Of a stretch of 64,000 nt of DNA, positions 51,787 through 61,011 are shown in pieces. How positions within the stretch are numbered: the first letter of the stretch is position 1; every line of letters begins with the position of its first letter. The translations under genes and the position numbers were made by a program. Below the pieces are notes generated by a model that saw nothing but the letters and a program-made list of their open reading frames with translations, did no database searches and was not told where the DNA came from. The DNA is from Vulcanimicrobiales bacterium. GTDB taxonomy: Bacteria; Vulcanimicrobiota; Vulcanimicrobiia; Vulcanimicrobiales; Vulcanimicrobiaceae. The stretch spans positions 87,657 to 151,656 of the forward strand of contig JBBRLI010000007.1 in NCBI GenBank assembly GCA_038231455.1, read 5' to 3'.

Positions 51787-52670
51787 ATTCGGTGGACGCG
51801 CCGCTCGCTTTGCGGCAGCGGCTCGAGAATGAGTTTGCGCAAGATTGGCAGCACGCGCGATGCCGTCGGCCGACGGCGTTCCGGCTCGATCACGTCGTGC
51901 GAGCGTGGCAGACCGCTGAGGTGGTGCAGCGACACACGTGACTCAGGATGCGTCCGCCAGCGCCGCGCGAGTTCGACGACCGTGCGATTGTTGACCGACG
52001 ATTCACTTCGGTTGAGAACGAGGTCGATGTGCTGCGCGGCGTGCGCGCGTTCGCTTGCATCGGCGCGCAATTTATCGGCGATTGCGATTCCGACTGCAAG
52101 CGCATGCGAGGTATACCGCGGGTAGCCCCAAGCGGGTTGCAGTTTCTCTCGGTCGATCGGGTTCCAGAAAAGAAAGACATTCGGGAGCCGGCGCACGACG
52201 GTAAACGCCGGTTTGTGCAGTTGGTGCGGAAGCTGCGCGATCCCAAGAAACGGTGCGACGGCGATGGCGCGTTCCAATTCCGCGCGGCGCTGCGCGAGCG
52301 CCAGCGTCAGCGTGCCCCCGAGCGAATGACCGACGAAGGTGATCGGCCGATCGAGTGCGAGCATGGCGTCGAGCAACGCGTCCGTGAAATCGTGTAGCTG
52401 CAACTCGGAGAGTTCGAGCAGCGCATCCGTCATGCGCTCGGCACGACCGTGCAGCGGAAGTCGCGGAACGACGACGGTCACACCCGCGTCGCGAAGTTCG
52501 TGAGCAAAATCTTTCCAGGAGCGCGGCGATGCGGTCAGGCCGTGCATGAGGACGACCACCCGCGTTGCATCGCTGCGGTACAGCAGCCGCGAGCGCATCG
52601 CGCGATCGACGTTGTCTTCGGCGTCGTCGTGGGCGGCCAGGAAATCGGTGAGGTAGCTCTGCGCGCTCAC
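51783..52670 (-). CDS. Alpha/beta hydrolase (esterase-like)
   Basis: HGLTASP, LPLHG and GHSLGG motifs; GTG start overlapping the upstream TGA. Confidence 0.85.
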   Translation of the reverse strand: MSAQSYLTDFLAAHDDAEDNVDRAMRSRLLYRSDATRVVVLMHGLTASPRSWKDFAHELRDAGVTVVVPRLPLHGRAERMTDALLELSELQLHDFTDALLDAMLALDRPITFVGHSLGGTLTLALAQRRAELERAIAVAPFLGIAQLPHQLHKPAFTVVRRLPNVFLFWNPIDREKLQPAWGYPRYTSHALAVGIAIADKLRADASERAHAAQHIDLVLNRSESSVNNRTVVELARRWRTHPESRVSLHHLSGLPRSHDVIEPERRRPTASRVLPILRKLILEPLPQSERRVHRI

Positions 52671-53080
52671 GCCGTCGAGAGGTCGTTTGCGATCGCGATG
52701 AGCGTAAATCGCCGTTCGCTCGTCGCAAGCTGGGGATCGCGCATGAAGCTGGTGAGCATCGTGAGCATGCCCTCGCCCGTCCCGTGCGCGCTGCAAAACG
52801 CGTGCGCGTCCGTGGCCTTGGCATCGAGCAGCAGCGAGATCAACGCGAGCGTATCGTCAAGCGCGCGTGCCAGGCCATCGTCGATCGCGCGCTTCGCATC
52901 GTCGGCAGCGATGCGCACGCCGGCGGTTTCGGTGACGAGCATGAGCACGTAGTCGAGCGCCGCGGCCGTTGCGAGAAAGCGTTGTGCGTGGTCGCCGATC
53001 GAGTCGATATCATCGTATGTCCGCACGCCATCCATGAGCATGCGCTGTAAGGCGAGGATCGTTTCGCGCGTTGGCCTCAT
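52667..53080 (-). CDS. Helical hypothetical protein
   Basis: Coupled to both neighbours by 4-bp start/stop overlaps. Confidence 0.65.
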   Translation of the reverse strand: MRPTRETILALQRMLMDGVRTYDDIDSIGDHAQRFLATAAALDYVLMLVTETAGVRIAADDAKRAIDDGLARALDDTLALISLLLDAKATDAHAFCSAHGTGEGMLTMLTSFMRDPQLATSERRFTLIAIANDLSTA

Positions 53081-53598
53081 CCGGCGCGCTCGCGCAAGGC
53101 CCAGAGAATCCCGATCGTCGTCTTCGCGTCGCGAATCTCGCCGCGCTCGATCATCGACCACGCCTCATCGAGCCGGAACGTTCGCATCGTGATGTCTTCG
53201 CCCTCATCGAAATCCGTTTCGCCTTCGGTCCAGTTGGAACAGCTGAAAAAATGCAGCAATTCATCGCAAAAGCCGGGCGCCGAATACGCGGAGAAGAGCG
53301 CCCGCATGTCGGTTGCACGGTGGCCCGTTTCTTCGCGCAGTTCCCGCACCGCCGCATCGGATGGCGACTCGCCGTCGTCCATGCCGCCCGCCGGGACTTC
53401 CCACAGCATCGCCTCCATCGGATGACGGTATTGCCGCACGAGGACGATGGAGTCCGCGGTCGGTTGCGCGATCACCACGACCGCGCCGCGATGTTCGACC
53501 ACCTCGACGTCGTGCCGTCGGCCGTCCGTTTCCAGCGTATCGACGCGCAGATTGACTACGCGTCCATCGTACATCCGCTTCGATGCAATCGCCTTCAT
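53077..53598 (-). CDS. NUDIX hydrolase (ADP-ribose pyrophosphatase-like)
   Basis: VRQYR, EVPAGGMDDGESPSDAAVRELREETG Nudix box and IRDAKT. Confidence 0.93.
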   Translation of the reverse strand: MKAIASKRMYDGRVVNLRVDTLETDGRRHDVEVVEHRGAVVVIAQPTADSIVLVRQYRHPMEAMLWEVPAGGMDDGESPSDAAVRELREETGHRATDMRALFSAYSAPGFCDELLHFFSCSNWTEGETDFDEGEDITMRTFRLDEAWSMIERGEIRDAKTTIGILWALRERAG

Positions 53599-53605
53599 GC
53601 CGCGA

Positions 53606-54487
53606 TCAGACGACGGTCGTATTCGAGAGTTCCTCAAGAATCGTCGGGCGGTGCGGATCCCAACCGAGTTCGCGCTTCGCTTTCTGTGAGGTCGCTTGAA
53701 GATCGCACGTCATCGCGTCGGCAAAGGGGCCCATCACCTTCCGTGCGTCCTCGAGCGAAATGTGCTCGACCTGACCGTCGCCGCCGGCGGCGCGCGATGC
53801 GGCGTGTGCGATCTGAGCGTAGGTCGGTGCGGCGCCCGTCACGGCGTTGTAGATACTTCCGGCGGCGGCTTCCTCGAGCGCGAGCACGTAGAGTTCGGCA
53901 AGCGCGTCGACGCGCACGCAGCTAAAGTGATTGTTCCCGTCGCCGACGATACGCAGTTCGCCCTTCTTCGCGCGCTCGACCATATCGCCCGGGATACCGC
54001 CTCCATCGCCGTACACGATGCCCGGACGAATCACGATCGGTCGCAAGTGGTGTTTGGCCGAGTCGAGCACGAGCGTTTCGTGCGCCGGTCGCCATGCAAC
54101 TAAATCAAGCGGTGCAAGCGGCGCGTCCTCGGCGATGACTGCATCGCCGCGACTTCCGTACACCCAAATGCCGCTCGTGTACACGAACGCTTCGTGATCC
54201 GTATCGAGTGCGCCGAGCATTGCCTCCAGCGCCTTGCGTTCGAGTTCGACACCGCTCATGTCCATCGCAAACGCGGTGTGCACCACCGCGTCGGCATCGT
54301 GCGCCATTTCTGCAAGCACGGCGACGTTACTCAGATCGCCCATCACCGGATGAATGTCCGAACGCAGTAGTTTCTCTTTCGCCGATTCGCTGCGCGCAAG
54401 ACCGATCACGTCATGACCGTGTTTCTTTGCGCGCAAGCATACCGCGTGCCCGATATAGCCGGTCGCACCGGTCACAAAAATCCGCAT
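53606..54487 (-). CDS. NAD-dependent epimerase/dehydratase family protein
   Basis: IFVTGATGYIG, YTSG and IRPGIVYG motifs. Confidence 0.9.
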   Translation of the reverse strand: MRIFVTGATGYIGHAVCLRAKKHGHDVIGLARSESAKEKLLRSDIHPVMGDLSNVAVLAEMAHDADAVVHTAFAMDMSGVELERKALEAMLGALDTDHEAFVYTSGIWVYGSRGDAVIAEDAPLAPLDLVAWRPAHETLVLDSAKHHLRPIVIRPGIVYGDGGGIPGDMVERAKKGELRIVGDGNNHFSCVRVDALAELYVLALEEAAAGSIYNAVTGAAPTYAQIAHAASRAAGGDGQVEHISLEDARKVMGPFADAMTCDLQATSQKAKRELGWDPHRPTILEELSNTTVV

Positions 54488-54494
54488 GTCACTC

Positions 54495-54863
54495 CTATGA
54501 ACGTCCCGCTGCCGGGCGCGCCGCAAAGATCGTAATGATATCGAAGACGAGCGCGACTTCCATCGCCGCGATGGTCGACCCGTAGACCCATTTCGCCGGA
54601 GCGAGCACCGCGAAGAGCGCAAGCGCCGCCGCCGCAAGATAGGCCAGATGTTTGGTCACGGACAGCCGCATTTGCGCGGGATCGCCCACGAACGCGCGGC
54701 GCACGTTGGCGAGCGTGGCGAGGATCAGCACCGCGATCACCACGGCCGCCGCGATTTTATACTGCTGGAGGTTGTGCAGCAGCACCTGACCGCCGATTGC
54801 AACGAGCAGTGCGATTGCGGCCATGAAGCCGATTTCCGTGAACCGAGTCGACCGGGATTCCAT
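54495..54863 (-). CDS. Small four-TM membrane protein
   Basis: Four hydrophobic segments from MESRSTRF. Confidence 0.65.
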   Translation of the reverse strand: MESRSTRFTEIGFMAAIALLVAIGGQVLLHNLQQYKIAAAVVIAVLILATLANVRRAFVGDPAQMRLSVTKHLAYLAAAALALFAVLAPAKWVYGSTIAAMEVALVFDIITIFAARPAAGRS

Positions 54864-54915
54864 CTCGGATGAGCCTTCGGCAAGGCCCGCCAAAGTCCAG
54901 CGCCAAGAGCGCGAA

Positions 54916-55689
54916 GTGCCTACTGAACTCGGAGCCCACAGCCAGCGCATCGACGACTTGCGCGCCCTATCGGCCCCAAAAGGGCGGCGCGAGAGCGGAA
55001 TCATTGCAATCGAAGGTCCGACGCTCATCGAGGAAGCCGAGCGCAGCGGAGTACGCATCACCGCCCTCTACCTCACGGAGGGCGGTCGTTTCAACCATCC
55101 CTACGTCGCAGACCTGGAATCGGCCGAGATCCCGGCCTTTCTTTTAAACGACCGGCTCTTCGCGAAAATCTCGGACCTGGAGACCCCGACGGGCGTGCTG
55201 GCCACAATCGAGCTTGGCGAGGAGCCGCTCGAGGCCGTGCTTGCCCTGCCCGGCCCGCTCGTGCTCTTCGCCGGCCTCGGAGATCCAGGCAACGCCGGGA
55301 CGCTGCTCCGGGCGGCCGAGGCCTTTGGCTTTGCCGGCGCGATTTTTGGCACGGGCAGCGTGGACCCGTTCTCGCCAAAAGTGGTGCGCGCGGCGATGGG
55401 TTCGCTCTTTCGGCTGGCCGTCGCGCGGGCGAGCGTCGAGGAGCTGATCGCGGGTGCCCGCACAAGCAACCGTCCGATCGTCGCAACCGAGCTGAACGGC
55501 GTGCTGCTCGCGGATGCCGATTTGCCGAAACGGGGTATTTACGCCATCGGAAACGAGCGGCACGGCGTGCGTTCGTGGTTGCCCCACGCCGACTTGACCG
55601 TCACGATTCCGCAAGCAGGCCCGACGGAGAGTTTAAACGCGGCGGTGGCCGGCGGCATCCTCTTCTACGAGTATGCAAAACGCCAATAA
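54916..55689 (+). CDS. TrmH/SpoU-family RNA 2'-O-methyltransferase
   Basis: DPGNAGTLLR, GNERHG and ESLNAAVA SPOUT motifs; common position upstream of pheS. Confidence 0.93.
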   Translation: MPTELGAHSQRIDDLRALSAPKGRRESGIIAIEGPTLIEEAERSGVRITALYLTEGGRFNHPYVADLESAEIPAFLLNDRLFAKISDLETPTGVLATIELGEEPLEAVLALPGPLVLFAGLGDPGNAGTLLRAAEAFGFAGAIFGTGSVDPFSPKVVRAAMGSLFRLAVARASVEELIAGARTSNRPIVATELNGVLLADADLPKRGIYAIGNERHGVRSWLPHADLTVTIPQAGPTESLNAAVAGGILFYEYAKRQ

Positions 55690-55833
55690 CCGCCGGGATT
55701 CGCGCATCTTGTCAAGTCCTGTCAAGCCGCCGAAATAGTGTTCGTTGTCAAGACTTGGCGGAGCAGTATCCCTATGCTATATTCTCCCCGCGACTACACC
55801 ACTCGGAACGTGAAGAGAAGGGTATCGACGACG

Positions 55834-55935
55834 ATGCGCACTTCGGAACTATTCTGGAAAATGTTCGCCAAAACCGGATCCATCAAGTCCTACTTGATGT
55901 ACCGCCATCTCCATCCGGTCCAAGCTACGTCCTAG
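55834..55935 (+). CDS. YqzL-like small protein (33 aa)
   Basis: MRTSELFWKMFAKTGSIKSYLMYR resembles the YqzL pattern W-x-x-F-x-x-T-G-x-I-x-x-Y-L. Confidence 0.7.
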   Translation: MRTSELFWKMFAKTGSIKSYLMYRHLHPVQATS

Positions 55936-55970
55936 TCCCTTCGTGCGCCAGGGTGGCGCCAATGACTAGT

Positions 55971-56010
55971 AAATAAAGGTCCGTCCGAAAGGTCCGGACG
56001 TTTATTTTTT
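55971..56010 (+). terminator. Terminator-like hairpin immediately upstream of pheS
   Basis: AAATAAA-ggtc-CGTCCG-AAAGGTC-CGGACG-TTTATTTTTT. Confidence 0.7.
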
Positions 56011-56024
56011 CGATACAACGAGTG

Positions 56025-57053
56025 ATGTCCGACCTCGATCAAAAACTCTCTGCACTCGCATCACGTTTTGACGCTGCGCTTACCGGCGCGCCCGATGAAA
56101 AAGCACTCGATGAGGTGCGCGTCGCGTTTCTCGGCCGCAGCGGCGAGATCACGCTGATCCGCCGCTCGATCGGTGAATTGCCGCCGCCCGAACGGCCGGA
56201 GGCCGGCAAGACGATCAACGCTGCCGTGGAGGCGCTCGAAGCACAACTGCAGAGCGCGCTTGCATCGCTCGAACGCCGTCATCTCGACGCTGCGCTCGAT
56301 GAGACGATCGACGTCACGTTCCCCGCCCCGCGCGCGGCGCTCGGGACCTTGCATCCGATTCGCCGCATCATGAACGAACTGGCGGACTATTTTGAACGCC
56401 ATGGTTTTGCCGTGGTACTCGGCCCCGAGATCGAGACCGACGCGAACAATTTCGATGCGCTCAACATCCCGCCCGATCATCCGGCGCGCGAGGGCCTCGA
56501 CTCCTTCTATCTGCGTCCCGATCTCTTGCTGCGCACGCACACGTCACCAATGCAAGTGCGTACGATGCGCGAGCATCAGCCGCCGGTCGCGGTGATCGTG
56601 CCCGGTAAAGCGTATCGCCGCGATGCAATCGACGCGCGCCACTCGTATATGTTCCACCAGTGTGAAGGCCTACTTGTCGGCGAGGGCGTGCACTTCGGCC
56701 ATCTCAAAGGCATGCTTACCGGAATGTGCCGCGCGCTCTTCGGGCCCGCGCAAGCCGTTCGGTTCCGGCCCTCGTTTTTTCCGTTTACCGAACCCAGTGC
56801 CGAAGTCGACACGACGTGCCCGGGCTGCGGTGGTTCGGGCTGCCGGACATGCGGTGGATCGGGTTGGATCGAACTCGGCGGCTCCGGCATGGTACACCCG
56901 AACGTGCTGCGCAGCGTCGGATACGATCCAAGCCTCGTTACCGGCTGGGCGTTCGGATTCGGCATCGAGCGCATTGCGATGGTGCGCTACGAGATGAGTG
57001 ACATTCGCGACTTCTACGAAAATACGCCGGCCTTCTTGGAGCAACTCGGATAA
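56025..57053 (+). CDS. pheS: Phenylalanyl-tRNA synthetase alpha subunit
   Basis: HPAR, LRTHTSP, FPFTEPSAE and GFGIER motifs. Confidence 0.98.
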   Translation: MSDLDQKLSALASRFDAALTGAPDEKALDEVRVAFLGRSGEITLIRRSIGELPPPERPEAGKTINAAVEALEAQLQSALASLERRHLDAALDETIDVTFPAPRAALGTLHPIRRIMNELADYFERHGFAVVLGPEIETDANNFDALNIPPDHPAREGLDSFYLRPDLLLRTHTSPMQVRTMREHQPPVAVIVPGKAYRRDAIDARHSYMFHQCEGLLVGEGVHFGHLKGMLTGMCRALFGPAQAVRFRPSFFPFTEPSAEVDTTCPGCGGSGCRTCGGSGWIELGGSGMVHPNVLRSVGYDPSLVTGWAFGFGIERIAMVRYEMSDIRDFYENTPAFLEQLG

Positions 57054-59443
57054 TGCGGACCCCGATCGCGTGGCTGCGCGACTACGTCGAACTCAATCTC
57101 GATACGAACGCCATCGTCGAACAACTCGCTGCGATCGGATTCCCGGTCGACGCGGTTGAGACGCGTCCGCACATCTCCGGCGTCGTCGTCGGCAAAATCG
57201 TGAAACTTGAAAAGCATCCGAACGCCGACCGACTGCAAGTCTGCACGATTGACGTCGCGCGCGAACAGATGCTTACGATCGCGACGGCCGCGACGAACGT
57301 AGCCGAAGGTCAGGTGATCCCCGTTGCGACGATCGGCGCGCAGCTGCCGACGATGAAGATCGAACCTCGCAAGATGCGCGGGATCGACTCCGAGGGCATG
57401 CTGTGTTCCGCCGAAGAACTCGGGTTGCCCGGCGAGTGGTTCGAAGAGGGCATCATGCAACTCGATGTGAGCTGTCGCCTGGGCGCAGACGTCGTGCAGA
57501 TGTTCGGCTTACAGTACGACGTGCTCGACGTCGACATCACGCCGAACCGCGTCGATGCGATGTGCATGATGGGTCTTGCGCGCGAACTCGGCGCGGCGCT
57601 CGGCAAACCAACAAAAGTGCCGGAAACATCGGTGTCTTATGGCGGACAGCGCGTCGACGATGACGGCGCAATCGTCGATGTGTCGTTCGATTCGCTCGAC
57701 GTACGCGTGACGCTCGAGAGCCTCGATTGCCGCCGCTATGTCGCGCAGCGCGTGTCGAGCCTGCGCGTGCGTCCGGCAAAATCGTGGATGCGCGTGCGTC
57801 TGGCCCTTGCGGGGCAGCGCCCGATCAACAATTTGGTCGACATCTCGAATTTCGTGATGCTCGAAGTCGGCCAGCCGCTGCACTTCTTCGACTTTGCAAA
57901 AATCGGCGGTAAGCACATCATCGTGCGCGACGCGAAACCCGGCGAGCAGATCGTTACGCTCGATGGCGAGGAGCGCACGCTCGATTCGACCTCGCTCCTC
58001 ATCGCCGATGAATCGCAAGCAACTGGACTTGCCGGACTCAAAGGCGGCCAAGTCAGCGAAGTGTCCGAAACGACGCGTGAGCTTGTGATCGAGAGCGCCA
58101 ATTGGGTAGGCCCCCGCATTCGCCGCATGAGCGTCGCACTCGGCCTGCGCACCGACGCCTCGACGCGCAATGAAAAGAATTTAGCGATCGGGCTTGCGGA
58201 CCTCGGCGCGGCACGCGCGGCGCGTCTGCTCGAACAAGAGGGCGGGATCATCCACATTCCGCGCGGCTTCGGCAAGACGCCCGGGGAGCTAACCGTCGTC
58301 AAGCTCCCAACAACGGAAGTTGACCGACTGCTCGGCTTCACCGTCAGCGATAAAGAAATGATCGACGCCTTGAACGCGCTCGGTTTTGAAGCAACGGTCA
58401 ACGGCATGATGCTCCATGCAACCGTTCCGATGTGGCGCGGCGATGTCACGATCGCGGCGGACATCGTAGAAGAAATCGCTCGCATCGTCGGCTACGGCCG
58501 CGTGCCAACCGTTATCCCCGCCGTCCCCGAACAAACGGTGACGAGCGATGAATTCCATCGCGAACGTCTCATCGCATCGACCGGCGCGGCGCTCGGGTTC
58601 GCCGAGGTGTTCTCGCTCGCGTTGCAAGCAAAGGCCGTCGAGACGCGCTGGCGCGATGCCGGCATCGATGTGCCCAAGCCCGTCGAGATTCGGAACCCGC
58701 TCTCGGAAGATCAGCGCTACATGCGCTTCTCGCTCGTGCCCTCGCTCCTCGAATTCATCGCACGCGACGGCGCACCGCGCGCGCTCTTCGAACTCGGTCA
58801 TCTCTTCTCCGAGGGTGCAAGCGATCCGATCGAACAAAGCGTCGCGACATTCGTGCTCGCGCAAACGAAGTCGGACCATCCCGCATACACCGACCCAACG
58901 TTCCTCGCACTCAAAAGCAAGATGAACGCACTCGTGCGTGCCGCGTGCGGTAGCGAGCCGACGGCCGTGCGCGCGACCTATCCGGCACTCCACCCCGGCA
59001 AAACGGCAGCACTGCACATCGGCGATGTCGTGGTCGGCTATGTCGGCGTCCTCGATCCGCGTCTTGCATTCGCGTATGAACTCGGCGGACCGGTGAGCGC
59101 CGCGGTCTTGTTCCTCGATGCGCTGCCGCATGCGACGGCAGCGTCGTATCGTTCTGCGTCGCGATTCCCCGCAATCGAACGCGATCTCGCGCTGATCGTC
59201 GCACCGGAGGTGAGCGCCGGCGACCTGAGCGATGCGGTGCGCGGGAACTCGCCGCTCGTGCGGGACGTTCGCGTGTTTGATGAGTATCGTGGAGCGCAGA
59301 TCGGCGAGAACAAGAAGAGCCTTGCGATGCGCGTGACCCTCCAGCGCGACGATGCGACCATGACCGACGCGGAAGCCGATGGGGCGATCGCGGCGATCCT
59401 GGCCGTGCTGCGGGACCGCTTCGAGGCCACGATCCGCGGGTGA
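57053..59443 (+). CDS. pheT: Phenylalanyl-tRNA synthetase beta subunit
   Basis: HPNADRL, SEGMLCS, ITPNR, DIVEEIAR and C-terminal FDX-ACB domain. Confidence 0.98.
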   Translation: MRTPIAWLRDYVELNLDTNAIVEQLAAIGFPVDAVETRPHISGVVVGKIVKLEKHPNADRLQVCTIDVAREQMLTIATAATNVAEGQVIPVATIGAQLPTMKIEPRKMRGIDSEGMLCSAEELGLPGEWFEEGIMQLDVSCRLGADVVQMFGLQYDVLDVDITPNRVDAMCMMGLARELGAALGKPTKVPETSVSYGGQRVDDDGAIVDVSFDSLDVRVTLESLDCRRYVAQRVSSLRVRPAKSWMRVRLALAGQRPINNLVDISNFVMLEVGQPLHFFDFAKIGGKHIIVRDAKPGEQIVTLDGEERTLDSTSLLIADESQATGLAGLKGGQVSEVSETTRELVIESANWVGPRIRRMSVALGLRTDASTRNEKNLAIGLADLGAARAARLLEQEGGIIHIPRGFGKTPGELTVVKLPTTEVDRLLGFTVSDKEMIDALNALGFEATVNGMMLHATVPMWRGDVTIAADIVEEIARIVGYGRVPTVIPAVPEQTVTSDEFHRERLIASTGAALGFAEVFSLALQAKAVETRWRDAGIDVPKPVEIRNPLSEDQRYMRFSLVPSLLEFIARDGAPRALFELGHLFSEGASDPIEQSVATFVLAQTKSDHPAYTDPTFLALKSKMNALVRAACGSEPTAVRATYPALHPGKTAALHIGDVVVGYVGVLDPRLAFAYELGGPVSAAVLFLDALPHATAASYRSASRFPAIERDLALIVAPEVSAGDLSDAVRGNSPLVRDVRVFDEYRGAQIGENKKSLAMRVTLQRDDATMTDAEADGAIAAILAVLRDRFEATIRG

Positions 59444-59976
59444 ACGTGGGCTGGCCGGACGTCGTGATCGTGGGGATCGCGCTGATCGCGGCCCTCAAGG
59501 GCTTCAAGCGCGGCTTCGTTGCGGAACTGGGCGGGGCGCTGGCGCTCGCGGCCGCCGTCACGGCCGGCTTTCTCTATAACGGGGTGCTCGATCAGTCGAT
59601 CGAGTCCATCATGCATGTGGGGGCCGGAAGTTCGCACGTCATCGGGCTGATCGCCTTTGCGCTGCTGGTCTACGCGGTCTTCATGGGCGCATCGCTCCTC
59701 TTAGGGACGATCGCCAAGCTCCCGATCCTCGGGATCGGCAACAGCATCGCGGGCGCAGGCGTGGGGATCGTGAAGGCCGCCGTCGGCCTGTGGGCGCTCT
59801 TGTACGTCTGCCTCTTCTTCCCGCTGACCCCCGATTTACGGGCCGATTTCCACCGCTCGCCTCTCGTCGGGATGCTCACGAGCCCAAACGAGCAGCTCGA
59901 CGGGACGATCCGCGGCAACATGCCGTGGTTTGTGAAGCCATTCGCCGAGCCGTTTTTCAAGCGCCATCGGGTCTAA
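59440..59976 (+). CDS. CvpA-family membrane protein
   Basis: D-x-x-I...GFKRGFVAE...NSIAGAGVG pattern with four TMs. Confidence 0.85.
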   Translation: MNVGWPDVVIVGIALIAALKGFKRGFVAELGGALALAAAVTAGFLYNGVLDQSIESIMHVGAGSSHVIGLIAFALLVYAVFMGASLLLGTIAKLPILGIGNSIAGAGVGIVKAAVGLWALLYVCLFFPLTPDLRADFHRSPLVGMLTSPNEQLDGTIRGNMPWFVKPFAEPFFKRHRV

Positions 59977-59980
59977 GGTC

Positions 59981-60010
59981 TTGGCCGGACCTTGCCGGGT
60001 ACGATATACT
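59981..60010 (+). promoter_or_regulatory. Probable sigma-70 promoter of infA
   Basis: TTGGCC-N18-TATACT. Confidence 0.55.
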
Positions 60011-60039
60011 AGGTGTATGCAGTTGAAACAGGTGAAGTC

Positions 60040-60354
60040 ATAGCTTCCCGCGGCTCGTACAAACGCGCCCGCCGGGTCGAAACGGCCAAAGCGGCCCCCA
60101 AAGAGCCCGATAAAGAGGGCTCGATTGAAATTTTCGGGACGATCAAACAGGTCTTCCCGTCGACGACGTTCTCGGTCGAGCTCGAAAACGGCCACGAGAT
60201 CCTCGCGCACATCGCGGGCCGGCTCCGCCGCCACCGCATCAAGATTCTGCCGGGCGACCGCGTGGATCTCGAAATGTCCCCGTACGATCTGACCAAAGGC
60301 CGGATCGTGTACCGCTACCGCGCCGGCGAAGCCCGCCGCTCAAGCCCGAACTAG
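60040..60354 (+). CDS. infA: Translation initiation factor IF-1, probable ATA start (alternative GTG 60013)
   Basis: IEIFG...[51 protein letters not shown]-like AGGTGA precedes an in-frame ATA at 60040. Confidence 0.95.
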   Translation: MASRGSYKRARRVETAKAAPKEPDKEGSIEIFGTIKQVFPSTTFSVELENGHEILAHIAGRLRRHRIKILPGDRVDLEMSPYDLTKGRIVYRYRAGEARRSSPN

Positions 60355-60374
60355 CTTCGCATATCGTCCAAGAG

Positions 60375-60402
60375 AAAGCCGCTCGCAAAAGCGGCTTTTT
60401 TT
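60375..60402. terminator. Intrinsic terminator after infA
   Basis: AAAGCCGCT-CGCAAA-AGCGGCTTTTTTT. Confidence 0.88.
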
Positions 60403-60403
60403 G

Positions 60404-61003
60404 TTACGCGCGCCCGGTGATGACCGGCTCGAAGCGGCGGTCAGGGACGATCCAGATGACCGCGACGATGACGATGAGCACGTCCGATACGATCGGTGAG
60501 ACGAATGCAAGCCCGATCGCGAGGAGGTAGAGCGCGGGTGAGATCTTGCCTTTCAAATCGCTGTTGACGGCTTTTCCAAACGCCGTGTCGCGGCCATTAA
60601 CGGCGACGAGCAGATTTTGTAAGATCGTGTACGCGACTGCATCAAGAAAGAGCACGAGAGCGTAGAGCGCGGTGGGGACAGACTCCGTTGGATGCTCGCC
60701 AACCCATGCCGTCATAAATGGTGCGAGTGAGAGCCAGAACAGCAAATGCAAATTCGCCCACATCACCTTCCCGTCGATGCCCTTTGCGGCGCGCAACATG
60801 TGGTGATGATTGTTCCAATAGATCCCGATAAAAATAAAACTCACGACGTACGCCGTGAATGTCGGCAGTACCGCCCGCAGCGCTCCAAGCGTGGCCTCGT
60901 GCGGAGGCTTCAGATCGAGCACCATGATCGTGATAATCACCGCCATCACGCCGTCGCTAAATGCTTCGAGCCGATCCGTCTCCGTCGAAAAGCGAGAGTT
61001 CAT
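60404..61003 (-). CDS. TMEM175-family K+ channel
   Basis: RLEAFSDGVMAVIITIMVL signature and YWNNHH. Confidence 0.93.
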   Translation of the reverse strand: MNSRFSTETDRLEAFSDGVMAVIITIMVLDLKPPHEATLGALRAVLPTFTAYVVSFIFIGIYWNNHHHMLRAAKGIDGKVMWANLHLLFWLSLAPFMTAWVGEHPTESVPTALYALVLFLDAVAYTILQNLLVAVNGRDTAFGKAVNSDLKGKISPALYLLAIGLAFVSPIVSDVLIVIVAVIWIVPDRRFEPVITGRA

Positions 61004-61011
61004 TCGCCTCG

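Noticed and set aside
55940-55970. T-box riboswitch upstream of pheS (AGGGTGGCGCC)
   Set aside because: The TGGCGC pairs in a local GCGCCA hairpin, and no convincing stem I/specifier loop or antiterminator partner was found by eye.
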